Virus record (IMG/VR): IMGVR_UViG_3300048598_000523
Span: 1-40,938 of that record
Source: a virus
Taxonomy: Duplodnaviria > Caudoviricetes
DNA length: 40,938 nt
Direction: 5' to 3' (one strand)
The stretch's first letter is position 1. The number at the start of each line of letters is the position of its first letter. Below are positions 1 through 9,000 of the stretch, piece after piece. The notes beneath the pieces were generated by a model. The model saw only the letters and a list, made by a program, of their open reading frames with translations, did not search any database and was not told the origin of the DNA. Position numbers and translations under genes: made by a program.

Positions 1-264
1 GTGACCCCCAAACAGCTCCACGCCGCGCGCGGCAAGCTCGGCAAGCTGGCTGGTCTTGATCGCCCTCTTTCCTATTCCGAGATGGGGCGCGCATTGCGCT
101 TGCAGGGCGACGAACCGGGGCAATCGGTCAGAAAGTGGGAGCAGCGCGACGGACCTAGCGGCCCGGCCTCTGTGGCCATCGAAATGATGCTCGCGGGCGC
201 TGAGCCGCCAGATGGATGGGAAAGCATCGTGCAGCCGGTTGGACGCCCAGAAAAGCGAACCTAA
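1..264 (+). CDS. Small XRE/Cro-type HTH DNA-binding protein
   Basis: MTPKQLHAAR...LSYSEMGRAL...SVRKWE...PSGPASVAI is an HTH_XRE-like pattern; GTG start at the window edge. Confidence 0.7.
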   Translation: MTPKQLHAARGKLGKLAGLDRPLSYSEMGRALRLQGDEPGQSVRKWEQRDGPSGPASVAIEMMLAGAEPPDGWESIVQPVGRPEKRT

Positions 265-292
265 ACCGGCGAATCCAGCGCATGGGACCAGT

Positions 293-475
293 TCATTGCT
301 GGTTGATCCAGATGCGGAGGGCGAGAAGCGCGAGCGCCACGAACGCTCCGCCACCCACGCCTCCGAGCAAAACGATTGCCACGATCTGAGCGCCGCGAAC
401 CACGAAGGCCCGCTCTGGGTTGTCCTCGCAGTCGCACTCGGGCCGATGCTCGTGGCAGATGCAGCGCCTATCCAT
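293..475 (-). CDS. Small membrane protein with Cys/His-rich N-terminus
   Basis: CICHEHRPECDC followed by a long hydrophobic segment; start overlaps the end of the upstream gene. Confidence 0.55.
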   Translation of the reverse strand: MDRRCICHEHRPECDCEDNPERAFVVRGAQIVAIVLLGGVGGGAFVALALLALRIWINQQ

Positions 476-1025
476 GCGGGTTCACCACCACGAAGCCAGC
501 GAGGGAGCGGACATGCAGGCGGGTTCGTCGGCCACCACTGTTCGCGTCGTAGGCCAGCACGTTGCCGCCTCCGAGCACCTGCTTGATTACGAAGACGTGG
601 CCTCGCCTCGCGGCGACCATGCCGGGCGCAGGATCAGCGCGCGGAAAGTCCAGCCACTTTGCCGCTAGCCAGAGCGATCGGATCGGCTTGCCGAACACCT
701 CCACTGCCGCACCGCAGCCACAGAACAGGACGCGCGGGCAGCCCTCTGGATGTGGCAAGACGCGCGGGGTCCCGGCGAGGAAGCTGGCCGCCGTCTCCGG
801 CGGATACATGGGCGAGCCGAACTCGACGTTGCGGAAGCGGTCGGCGCGGGCAATGCGGCGGGCCTCGCGAGATGATGTCGGCTTTACCGACACCACAGGT
901 GCGCATGGCATCGTGACGTTGCATTCGGGATGCAGCCCAGCCGTGAACCCCGGCACAGCGATGAACAACGAAACGACGAGCGCACAGGCAAGCGCCAGCG
1001 CGCCGAGAATGATGGCTCGGATCAT
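468..1025 (-). CDS. Secreted CHAP/NlpC-P60-like cysteine peptidase (putative cell-wall hydrolase)
   Basis: N-terminal signal or TM segment; candidate triad Cys (FCGCG), His (RRGHVF), Asn (DANSG); GGAG 6 nt before ATG 1025. Confidence 0.6.
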   Translation of the reverse strand: MIRAIILGALALACALVVSLFIAVPGFTAGLHPECNVTMPCAPVVSVKPTSSREARRIARADRFRNVEFGSPMYPPETAASFLAGTPRVLPHPEGCPRVLFCGCGAAVEVFGKPIRSLWLAAKWLDFPRADPAPGMVAARRGHVFVIKQVLGGGNVLAYDANSGGRRTRLHVRSLAGFVVVNPHG

Positions 1026-1051
1026 GGTCAACTCCGGTTATGTGGAAGGGG

Positions 1052-1273
1052 TTAGCGGCGTTCGAGCGCGTCGAGACGACGCCCGTAGTCCTTGACCCGC
1101 TCGTCAGTCCGAGCGGTCTCGATGATGACCGTCGAGAGCTTCTCGACGTTCTTTTCAACGGCAGACAGCCTGTAGTCGGTCAGATAGAGGCTGCCGATTA
1201 CAACGATGGTCACGCCGCCGAGAGAGATCAGGTGACCAAGGTTGATGGTGGGGTCGAAGCGCGGCGAGGTCAT
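1052..1273 (-). CDS. Small TM plus coiled-coil protein of the lysis region
   Basis: INLGHLISLGGVTIVVIG TM followed by a heptad-like tail (RLSAVEK...RRLDALE). Confidence 0.7.
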   Translation of the reverse strand: MTSPRFDPTINLGHLISLGGVTIVVIGSLYLTDYRLSAVEKNVEKLSTVIIETARTDERVKDYGRRLDALERR

Positions 1274-1286
1274 TCCAGCATTCCCA

Positions 1287-1724
1287 TTAACCGCCGCGAC
1301 GATTGAAAAACATCTGGCCTACCGCCATCACGGAACCCGTCCCGAATATCCCGGCGATGATGACGCCAGCCCATTCAGCGACCAGTCCCTTGATCGGCGG
1401 CGTGTAGCCAGTGACGCCGTAAATCGCCAGGCACAGCATGTTGTCCCAGATGACCACCTTCCATTCATAGGCGATCCAGGGGATCGCAAACCCGCCGACA
1501 AGCCCCATCAGGAACTTGCTCTGCGAGACGACCTTGAGGTATTCGACGCGCGTCTGGCCTTCGGCCACCACGCCGGTCACAAGCTGTTTGGCAACATTCA
1601 CGTCACCGCCGATGCGGGCCATCGTGATCTGGACCTTGGCATCGTAATATTTTGAAACGAAGTTGTTGATGCCGCCAGTGATTGCGGGGATGGCCTGAAC
1701 GAATGCGAGGATGGCTGTAAGCAT
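1287..1724 (-). CDS. Holin-like membrane protein
   Basis: Start reassigned to MLTAIL (1724); 2-3 hydrophobic segments, basic C-terminus, located in the lysis cassette. Confidence 0.6.
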   Translation of the reverse strand: MLTAILAFVQAIPAITGGINNFVSKYYDAKVQITMARIGGDVNVAKQLVTGVVAEGQTRVEYLKVVSQSKFLMGLVGGFAIPWIAYEWKVVIWDNMLCLAIYGVTGYTPPIKGLVAEWAGVIIAGIFGTGSVMAVGQMFFNRRGG

Positions 1725-1725
1725 G

Positions 1726-2202
1726 TCAGACCACCTTCTCTGCTTCGACCGCCGCAACAGCTTCGACCTTCGCGGCATCAGCAGCCACCATGGCGTCGGC
1801 GATTTCCGGCGTGATGTCCTTGTCGGCTACCGCCACCAGCGCGACCGGCTTGGTCGCGGTATAGCGCAGCTTCTCGTCGAAATAGCCCATCAGTGAGATC
1901 GCCAACGGGATGAGATTGATCCCGAAGTGGACAAAGGGCTGATACTTTTCCGGCACGAAAGGCATGAGCGGCGTGAGGTCGATCGAGCCGATTTGCGTCA
2001 GCAGCGTCAGCACGGCGCCGATAACGATCTTCAACCGCGCGAACAGAATCGTTTCCGACTTCTTGAACAGCAGGAGCTCGATCGGCTCGACCCACGCGAA
2101 GAAGCCCCGCGCCCACGGCTTTGCCTTCAGCCACTCGCGGCCCTGCAGGGCATACCAGAGCAACAGCCCGGCAAGGATGGCCAGAATAAGCAGGATCTTC
2201 AT
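1726..2202 (-). CDS. Multi-pass membrane protein (holin/antiholin-like)
   Basis: Start MKILLIL at 2202 overlaps the endolysin stop (ATGA); about 3 TM segments. Confidence 0.65.
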   Translation of the reverse strand: MKILLILAILAGLLLWYALQGREWLKAKPWARGFFAWVEPIELLLFKKSETILFARLKIVIGAVLTLLTQIGSIDLTPLMPFVPEKYQPFVHFGINLIPLAISLMGYFDEKLRYTATKPVALVAVADKDITPEIADAMVAADAAKVEAVAAVEAEKVV

Positions 2203-2822
2203 GACCGCACCTTCTTGATAAGGATTACGACGGCGACGGCGATGCCGCCCGCGATGAAGGCGACCAGGCCGATCTCGGACCAGGTCCAGCCCTGTTGCGC
2301 AGCGACGGCTGCCGTGCCGCCGCCGGCGCTCGCCGCCACCACAACCGTGGCAGCGGCATTCTTGACGGTGCTCGCCGTCGGCACACCGGAGAAAACCCGC
2401 CGGCGCGCCTCGACGAATTCCGCGTCGGTTGCTGGATAGGGCTTGCCTGCTTCGTGCCATGCCTGTGCCTTGAGGAATGCGATGCCTTTGCTCGACCGCC
2501 AGAACTCGTCATTCATGATGGTGTCGCGGGTCATGCCCGGCACTCGCTCGAGCACGAACCTGATATAGCTTTCGACGCTGTTGCCGCCGGACCAGATGAA
2601 GATCGCGTCGGAGAACTTCTTGTTGCGATAGTTCTTCGAGGTTCGCCACAAATCGAGTTGCGCGCAGATGCCCTGCACGAAGGTCGGGAACACAGCGATG
2701 TTGTTGCCCTGCCCCTTGCCATCGTTCAGCACAACGGCCTTCTTTTGCGCCCCCCATTTGATGGTGAGGGCGCTGCCCCACATAGCGCCGGGGTTTTTGT
2801 AACGAATAGACGCAGGCTCCAT
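2199..2822 (-). CDS. Putative endolysin (lysozyme-like, RxxNPG family) with C-terminal TM
   Basis: IRYKNPGAM...AVFPTFVQGI...AIFIWSGGNSVESY...QAWHEAG resembles RNNNPGN-type phage lysozyme-fold proteins; first gene of the lysis cassette; GGAG RBS. Confidence 0.65.
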   Translation of the reverse strand: MEPASIRYKNPGAMWGSALTIKWGAQKKAVVLNDGKGQGNNIAVFPTFVQGICAQLDLWRTSKNYRNKKFSDAIFIWSGGNSVESYIRFVLERVPGMTRDTIMNDEFWRSSKGIAFLKAQAWHEAGKPYPATDAEFVEARRRVFSGVPTASTVKNAAATVVVAASAGGGTAAVAAQQGWTWSEIGLVAFIAGGIAVAVVILIKKVRS

Positions 2823-2844
2823 TGTCGATTCTCCATAGGTTTGC

Positions 2845-2862
2845 AGCCCGCGAAGGCGGGCT
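2845..2862. other. GC-rich hairpin upstream of the endolysin gene
   Basis: AGCCCGC-GAAG-GCGGGCT, perfect 7-bp stem; only a weak T tract follows. Confidence 0.5.
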
Positions 2863-2890
2863 TTCGGGGGAACTTTTGGTGTGCTAGAAA
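2862..2890 (+). promoter_or_regulatory. Candidate sigma70 promoter for the structured RNA and ORF 3095-3340
   Basis: TTTCGG-17 nt-TAGAAA, with TG-C before the -10 box; the predicted start (~2897) coincides with the first hairpin. Confidence 0.3.
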
Positions 2891-2896
2891 CTTCAC

Positions 2897-3090
2897 TGTG
2901 AGAGCGGCTTGAATCCCTGCTCTCACATTCGACGGTGGCTTGGGAGGCACGGCCCTTATGCCGGGAGACTCACGGATAAACCCCTAGAACAGCGCGCCGG
3001 CTCGGTCGGCGCGTGGGCGAAGCAGTGGGGATCAGCTTCCCAAGTCGCTGATGATTCAATCTCCCGGCACCAGCCGGGCGACTTGGGAGC
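2897..3090 (+). ncRNA. Structured cis-regulatory RNA with two alternative folds (candidate translational switch)
   Basis: Pairings: 2897-2905/2919-2927; 2933-2948/3035-3050 (16 bp, 4 G-U); 2959-2968/3060-3069 (10 bp); 2909-2915/3053-3059; 2993-3013 hairpin; competing 3038-3048/3078-3088 (11 bp) covering the SD. Confidence 0.65.
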
Positions 3091-3094
3091 AACA

Positions 3095-3340
3095 ATGAAA
3101 AATTCAGAGCGCGCGACACGACTCCTCGCCCTTGTCAGCAAGGTAAGCGGAGAGCTTCCCGAGCGGGAACCGGTAGCGCCGGTTGAACTGCGCGAACAGA
3201 TGTTCGCTGCCGCCGGAAAATCCTACGCCCTGATCGAGCGGGAATTGTTCGAGCACCTGAACGCCCTGCTCCGCAGTGACGGCAGCGTAATGCGTCACGC
3301 CACCAACTCGGCGGAGCGGATCAGCAACTTATCCACCTGA
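3095..3340 (+). CDS. Hypothetical 81-aa protein (MKNSERATRLL...), antisense to the late operon
   Basis: GGGAG SD at 3085-3089 before ATG 3095, A-rich start codons, helical composition; 3' end overlaps the convergent gene at 3295. Confidence 0.5.
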   Translation: MKNSERATRLLALVSKVSGELPEREPVAPVELREQMFAAAGKSYALIERELFEHLNALLRSDGSVMRHATNSAERISNLST

Positions 3341-3681
3341 AGGCTTGAAAGCCCGAGGCTCGCGATCATCGCCTGAGTGAGCGGGTCCGTCCGCTTTACC
3401 TCCACCGCCAGATCCCATTCTTCCTGAATATCCGGATCAGCCGCGATCGCGGCCTTCGCCGCGCCCCACAGATCAATCTCTTTCAGGGCGCGCATCAATC
3501 CAAGCCTTGTTGCGGAAGCCGGTACAGGCTCAGGCAGCGGCGCGCATGGCAGAGGTTCACCGCCCGCAGCGAGCCACTCGTCATATTCCCGCCTGTCGCG
3601 ATTCAGGGGATCATTCGGGATCGTCACCATATCGGTCAGCCGAAGCACTTCGGATGCCGTCGTAAGCTGATATTCCGCCAT
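3295..3681 (-). CDS. Tail fibre assembly-like protein
   Basis: IPNDPLNRDRREYDEWLAAGGEP motif typical of phage tail assembly chaperones; coupled to the fibre gene (TGATG). Confidence 0.75.
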   Translation of the reverse strand: MAEYQLTTASEVLRLTDMVTIPNDPLNRDRREYDEWLAAGGEPLPCAPLPEPVPASATRLGLMRALKEIDLWGAAKAAIAADPDIQEEWDLAVEVKRTDPLTQAMIASLGLSSLQVDKLLIRSAELVA

Positions 3682-5741
3682 CACAGCCTCGCATCAAAAA
3701 GGAAACTCGTCCCGCTCGCATTCGTAATCACGAAATATCTCGTGTTCGCAGCGGTTACGACCCAGATTGCCTGCGAATAATCAGCAGAGCTTTGGAACCC
3801 GGGCGTTGCGCTGTTGAGGTTCGAAACAGTCGGCGTGCCGGAAGAACTGGCAGATGGCGTCGCCCTCATTGAAGGGCTTAGAGGCAGGTTGAGTGCAACA
3901 TTTGCCGAAACCGTATTTGTGTATCCGTCAATCGCAAGAGCGCTAGGGGCCAGCGCGATCTTTTGATAGTATCGCTTGCAGAGATACAATTCTTCCTGAT
4001 AGCTCCGCGCCTCAAACGCCGAAGCTACAAGCGAGCGCTTCAGATCGACATTGCCAATATCCAGCGTGACGTTCTGCGCCTGCGTCGAATCCGTCCAGAA
4101 GAATACAGCCAGATTTGTCATCGAGCCGCTGATGGTGCCGCTTAGCGCGACCGAAGCCAGCGTGTTGGCGGTAAGCGCGACCGAACCTGTCGCAACAATG
4201 GTCGTCGTTGTGGACGTAAAGAATTGACCGGCGGTGAATGTTGTATTCGTCCAGCTATTGACGATGTCTTTCGTGATCGTGTCGGCCGTTCCGGCCCATT
4301 CGACGATCGCATAGCGAAGTGTCATCGAGGCGGACATGCGCACGCGCGCCGTCAAAAAGACCGACTGCCCGCGCAGATCGATGCTGTTGACGCTTTCAAG
4401 CCACTGGATAAGCCCGAACCGCTGCACTGACGCATTTGCCTGCGTCAACCGCATCATGTACGGCGTGCCATTCTCGACATTGGTCAGCGCCGACGGCGTG
4501 ATCGGATTCGATTGTGTGAGCGCAATCCATTGATCGAACCCCGTATAGGCACCGTCTGCCGTCGAGGCAAGACCGGCCTGAGCGATCATCCCCGAGGGGT
4601 TGATGATGCGGCTACGTGATGGAGCTAGCGCCGACTTCAAATTCGACCACGGCAGTTTTTTCAAGGCATTTGATGCCGCCGAATCTACCAACGGAATCTC
4701 GTCGGCGTCGTCCGGCACCGCTTTGCTCGCCGCGGCATGGGTCGAGGCTGCGACGTCGCCCGTGACTTCCGAGAATACGATGGCCGTCGTACCCAGCGTG
4801 CCGCCCTTGTCGGACGTGCAGCGCCAGAGCGTATCGTGCTTCGCGGTGCCCTCCATGACGGAGAAGTAGCGGCCCGGATGATCGTTATAGGCCGCGAAGG
4901 CCGTGGCGCGGGACGCCGCGCCGGATGCGGCTACAACATAGACGCCGTTCTCGGCCGGCGCGGTCTGGCCCGTCAAAAGAACCAGGTCATTCGTCGCCAG
5001 CGTGACAGCATCAAGGCTATCGCCGTTCTCGAGCGCGGTCGCGATCGCGACGTTCGATGTGGCCACGATCCGAACAATGGAAAGCGCGGATGCGCCATCG
5101 ATGCCATGGGAACCGGCCGCGCCCTTGAAATTTTTTCCGGTGTCAGCCCATGCAAGCGGGCTGCCCTGAAGCCTGAAAATATCCTGATCTGTGCTGTCGC
5201 TATCAACCCAGATGGAATTCGCCGGATAATCTGTGTCCGGCTCGGCGTCCTGAAACAGGAAAGCTGCCGCATCCACGCCATTAGCAATGGGCTCAAGTAC
5301 GCCGTTGCGCCAGCGCTTGAGGCGCAGCGTGTCTTCGTCGACGAAGACCGAGTTGTTTTGCACCAGCGACATATCGACGTCGTCGGCGGTGGAATAGACA
5401 AGGCCGGCATTCTGCTCGAAATGCGAATTGAGCCGCGCATAGATCGCCGCCTGCGTTGCGCCGTTGGCGATGGCCGGGCCATCGATAACCACATAGCTTG
5501 CAGCTACCAGCGCGTCACCGTTGTACGGCGCGACCAGCGGCAGTTCGAGATCGTCATAGATTCCACGCGGATCGACCTCGGCGACAATTCCGACCAGGAA
5601 CGGCGCGGCATCAACCGGAATCGCGATGATCTGCGACCCGGCGCGATCCCGCCCGCCCCATGCGGTGCCGGTGCCGGTGACGGTGCTTGCGCCGTTGGCT
5701 ATACTGATCGTGCCGGTCGAATATACAAAGCGCTCAGCCAT
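3681..5741 (-). CDS. Tail fibre / receptor-binding protein
   Basis: N-terminal GTISIANGASTVTGTGTAW attachment motif, LVLLTGQTAPAENGVY module, beta-rich CBM-like segment, EELYLCKRYY motif. Confidence 0.8.
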   Translation of the reverse strand: MAERFVYSTGTISIANGASTVTGTGTAWGGRDRAGSQIIAIPVDAAPFLVGIVAEVDPRGIYDDLELPLVAPYNGDALVAASYVVIDGPAIANGATQAAIYARLNSHFEQNAGLVYSTADDVDMSLVQNNSVFVDEDTLRLKRWRNGVLEPIANGVDAAAFLFQDAEPDTDYPANSIWVDSDSTDQDIFRLQGSPLAWADTGKNFKGAAGSHGIDGASALSIVRIVATSNVAIATALENGDSLDAVTLATNDLVLLTGQTAPAENGVYVVAASGAASRATAFAAYNDHPGRYFSVMEGTAKHDTLWRCTSDKGGTLGTTAIVFSEVTGDVAASTHAAASKAVPDDADEIPLVDSAASNALKKLPWSNLKSALAPSRSRIINPSGMIAQAGLASTADGAYTGFDQWIALTQSNPITPSALTNVENGTPYMMRLTQANASVQRFGLIQWLESVNSIDLRGQSVFLTARVRMSASMTLRYAIVEWAGTADTITKDIVNSWTNTTFTAGQFFTSTTTTIVATGSVALTANTLASVALSGTISGSMTNLAVFFWTDSTQAQNVTLDIGNVDLKRSLVASAFEARSYQEELYLCKRYYQKIALAPSALAIDGYTNTVSANVALNLPLSPSMRATPSASSSGTPTVSNLNSATPGFQSSADYSQAIWVVTAANTRYFVITNASGTSFLFDARL

Positions 5742-5743
5742 CA

Positions 5744-6019
5744 CTACGCTCCTTGCGCGCTATGCGGATGGACAATCGTGAGATCGCACTCCGGAACCCA
5801 GATCGCGGTGGAGACGTTCCAGTCTTGCGGAAGCCGCATTGCCCACTGCCCTTCGTAATTTTCATCGTTGTTGATGATCCAGAGCGCCTCGAATGCACCT
5901 TCCTTGCCGATCCATGCACGCAATTCTGGTTTCAGATCGTCCGCGCGGGCCGGACTGAAAATGCACCTGACCTTGGTGCCGGCCGAAACCGGGATGATCT
6001 TCGAAAGAAGCGGCGTCAT
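5744..6019 (-). CDS. Hypothetical 91-aa protein between the tail tip and fibre genes
   Basis: Start MTPLLSK with AGGA RBS; fills the gap between tip and fibre genes; stop abuts the fibre start. Confidence 0.65.
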   Translation of the reverse strand: MTPLLSKIIPVSAGTKVRCIFSPARADDLKPELRAWIGKEGAFEALWIINNDENYEGQWAMRLPQDWNVSTAIWVPECDLTIVHPHSAQGA

Positions 6020-6027
6020 TGAATGTC

Positions 6028-9000
6028 CTATGTGATGTCCGGCCAGCGGCTGGATTGAGCGACGCGTGTGTAAAGCTGATCCAGTTCCGCCGCCGATAGG
6101 GCGCGGTCCCAGATTGCCGCGGCGGCGAGACGAACATCCGGCATCGTCGCGAGCGTGCCGGACTGAAACATGCGCGGCCGATTCAGCCATGAGATGTTGT
6201 TGTTAGTGACCGCATAACTCGCATTATAGATTTCGTTCGTGGCTTGCAGTCGCAAGATCAGACCGTTGGTCGGGCTGGCGGCGTTGACCGACATGGCGAC
6301 GAAAATAAATTTGTCGGTCAGCCCGCTCCGCAGCGTCGAACTCTGGTTGAATGCCATCGTCCCGGAATTGTCGTCTGTATTGAGAAGCGCGAGTTGCAAC
6401 TGCCCGCTCACGGTCCGACTGAGGGCCGCCCAGATCCCGCGCTTGAAGACATTCGATGACTGATCGACGGATGTATCAAATAGCGGCAGCCCCATCGCCG
6501 ACGCCACGAACGGCACGCGCATGATGTAAGCCAGCGTGAAACGAGCGCCGGCCTTGTGGAATGACTGCCACTCCGCGCTCGATACCCAATCAAAATAGTC
6601 GTTGGTATCGGTCGAAAAATATTCCGCAGAGGTCAACTGGCCGATGGTGCCGTTGAAGGTCGGCGCGTGCGGGCTTGCCCCGCGCTCGAGATGGCGTCCG
6701 TTGCCGGTCAGGTCGCGGAGATATGCAGTGCTGACCGCAGAATCCCATGAAGCGGAGGAGCCAGCATCGACGCTCGCCAGCAGATTCGTGTGTAATCCGA
6801 GCTCGACGATCATGTTCTGAAACACGAGCGCTGCCGGATTGGTGGTGCCGCCGCCCAGCGCTGTTAAGAGCGCGCGCGGTCCGACAGAGGTAGGGATAAT
6901 TTCACCTCTAATTGCCGTGGTGGTATTCGCTATTTGAGACACAATCGGGTACGGGGCCGTGATAAACGTGGGATCGAACGTAACCGCATGACCTCCCACC
7001 GAATCTTGTTCGATGGCATGTGTCCACCACACGCCTGTGTGCGCACCTGTCGGATATTTGATTTGCGCCGGGGCGGTTAGAAGTGTGTGATGAGAAACTT
7101 GCCGGTTGGATACATCTACGGTCAAGGTGCCGCCGATGATAGGAACCTCTGGCGGTTTGTCCGACATGGACATCAACATCGCATTCGATGTTTGACCGGT
7201 CGACGGATTCTCAAGCATCACCGCGTCGGCAGTCAGACGTATACGCGAGCCACCTCCGAGCGCTGTTACCCCTGCGTCGAGAGATAGGCCCGACACAGCG
7301 AAAGCATTCAGCGTGTCTGCGCGGACCTCGATCGAGAAACTCGCCGCGACCCCATCAGGCGCGGACGATGCGACGAAACGGATCAGCCCCTCGGCTTCGC
7401 CAGTCTCGGTGACGGCATAGACCTCGCCGAGGATCGCGGCCAAAGCCGAATTGGCTGTGGTCGCCGATGTCATCGCGAGTTCAGCGGCCGCCTTGTTCTC
7501 GCCGTAACGCGAGCCGACGCCGATGTTAATCCGGCCAAGCGCTTCCCGGATAGAAGTGATCTGATCGCCAAAAGCCGAAGCAAGTTGATTGATGTCTTGC
7601 TTCATTGTCAGAAGTTCGGGCGGGATCGAATCTTTGACGCGCTGGAACAGCGCCTGCAATTCCAGCTTCAACGAGTCTTGATCAACCGCTCCCGGCGCGA
7701 TGACTATGGTGGGCGGATCAACATCGACCGCCGTAAAGCCGCCGCTGCGCTGCGCTGTAATCGCCCTCACCCGAAGCCGCAGTTCGGCGCGGTCGACCAC
7801 AGCGTTGAACTTGTTGTCGCCGCCTTCATAAACCGCCCGCCAAAGAGCCGCATCGTTGCCGACCGTCCGCGCGTCATAGGAAATTTCGGCGAGATAGGTT
7901 TGCAAATCGCCGGATACTGGCTGCCATACGACGTCAATAACTGGCTCTGCGACGCCCTGCCGGAAATTCGCGGACAATCCCTGAATGAAGACAGTCAGAG
8001 GATCGAGAGGGATCGACACATTCGGCGTATAGGCCGGAATGTCGCCCTGGTCGGCTTCCGAGATTTCCGGCGCGTCATCGACCAGGATCAAATTGGCGAT
8101 GAGGTCTTTCTGATGCGCGATGCCGTAGACCCGATAGACAGCGGAATCCTGATCGGTTTCACCATAGCCCCAGAGCGTGCCGCGCTCGATGTCGGATAGG
8201 TCGCCGTTAAGTTCAAGCCGCGTGTAGGCGCCGGGAGGAAGCGGCGCATGCGTGTCGGGATCAAACAAATGGACTGCGCGCAAGATCGATCGGGCATCAC
8301 CGGGAATGCGAAAGCTGAACGCATAGGTCTTGCCGGCCTCGATCGTCACCGCCTCGTCGAACGAAATGACTTGGCCATTGACCGACTTGACCCGGCCGGA
8401 CGCCGTCCCGATCAGCAGCACATCGTGTGTCACCCGCACGCGGTCGCCGCGCGTGCAGACCAGATGCTCCCAGCCGGTGCTGATGGTGATCTTCTCGGGC
8501 CGCAGCCTGCTTTGGGCGATATGAAATCGGCCGTGCTTCCAGATCAGTTCCGGGTCGGTGACGCCCGGAAACTCGATGCCCTCAAACAGCGTCGCGTTGT
8601 CTTTGGTATAACCATCGTCATAGACGATACGCTCATCGTCCGAATAGCCGTTTTCCTCGTTGATGAATTTCGCGCGCCAGCCGTGCGGCTGTTGGGCATA
8701 AGCGCGCTCACCAGTCAGCCCCCAGGAGTTGCGCGGCGTAAAATGCTGAACGACAGGATCTGTGGGCCGATCCCAGATCACCCCCCACTTGCCATCAATG
8801 AAGGTCGGGACCGCGCGGCCAGCCGCCGCAATATCGCACAGCGTATCCCACACCGAAGAGACCGTCGCGCGCACCTGATTGAACTTGAAGCCATTGGCTT
8901 CGCAGTACACCCACCATTCTTCAAGGTTGGTGATATCGATTTCGGCATCGCTGCGCGGGCGGGCATTCGCCGCGCCTTGCAAAACATGCCGGTACAGATC

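Noticed and set aside
2897-2927. tRNA gene (T-loop-like GGCTTGAATCC)
   Set aside because: No cloverleaf, D-arm or anticodon arm; it is a single hairpin
2933-3050. C4/P4 CI-type antisense RNA
   Set aside because: The outer stem is superficially similar, but there is no clear a1b1/a2b2 repeat set or antirepressor gene, and the complementary heptamer lies outside the stem; not assigned without a covariance-model search
2909-3094. N-terminal extension of the 143-aa ORF from TTG 2909
   Set aside because: No RBS, and it runs through the structured RNA; ATG 3095 has a proper SD
3048-3100. Hammerhead ribozyme (CTGATGA at 3048-3054, GAAA at 3097-3100)
   Set aside because: Bases flanking the two core motifs do not form stem II, and I could not build stems I and III with a UH cleavage site
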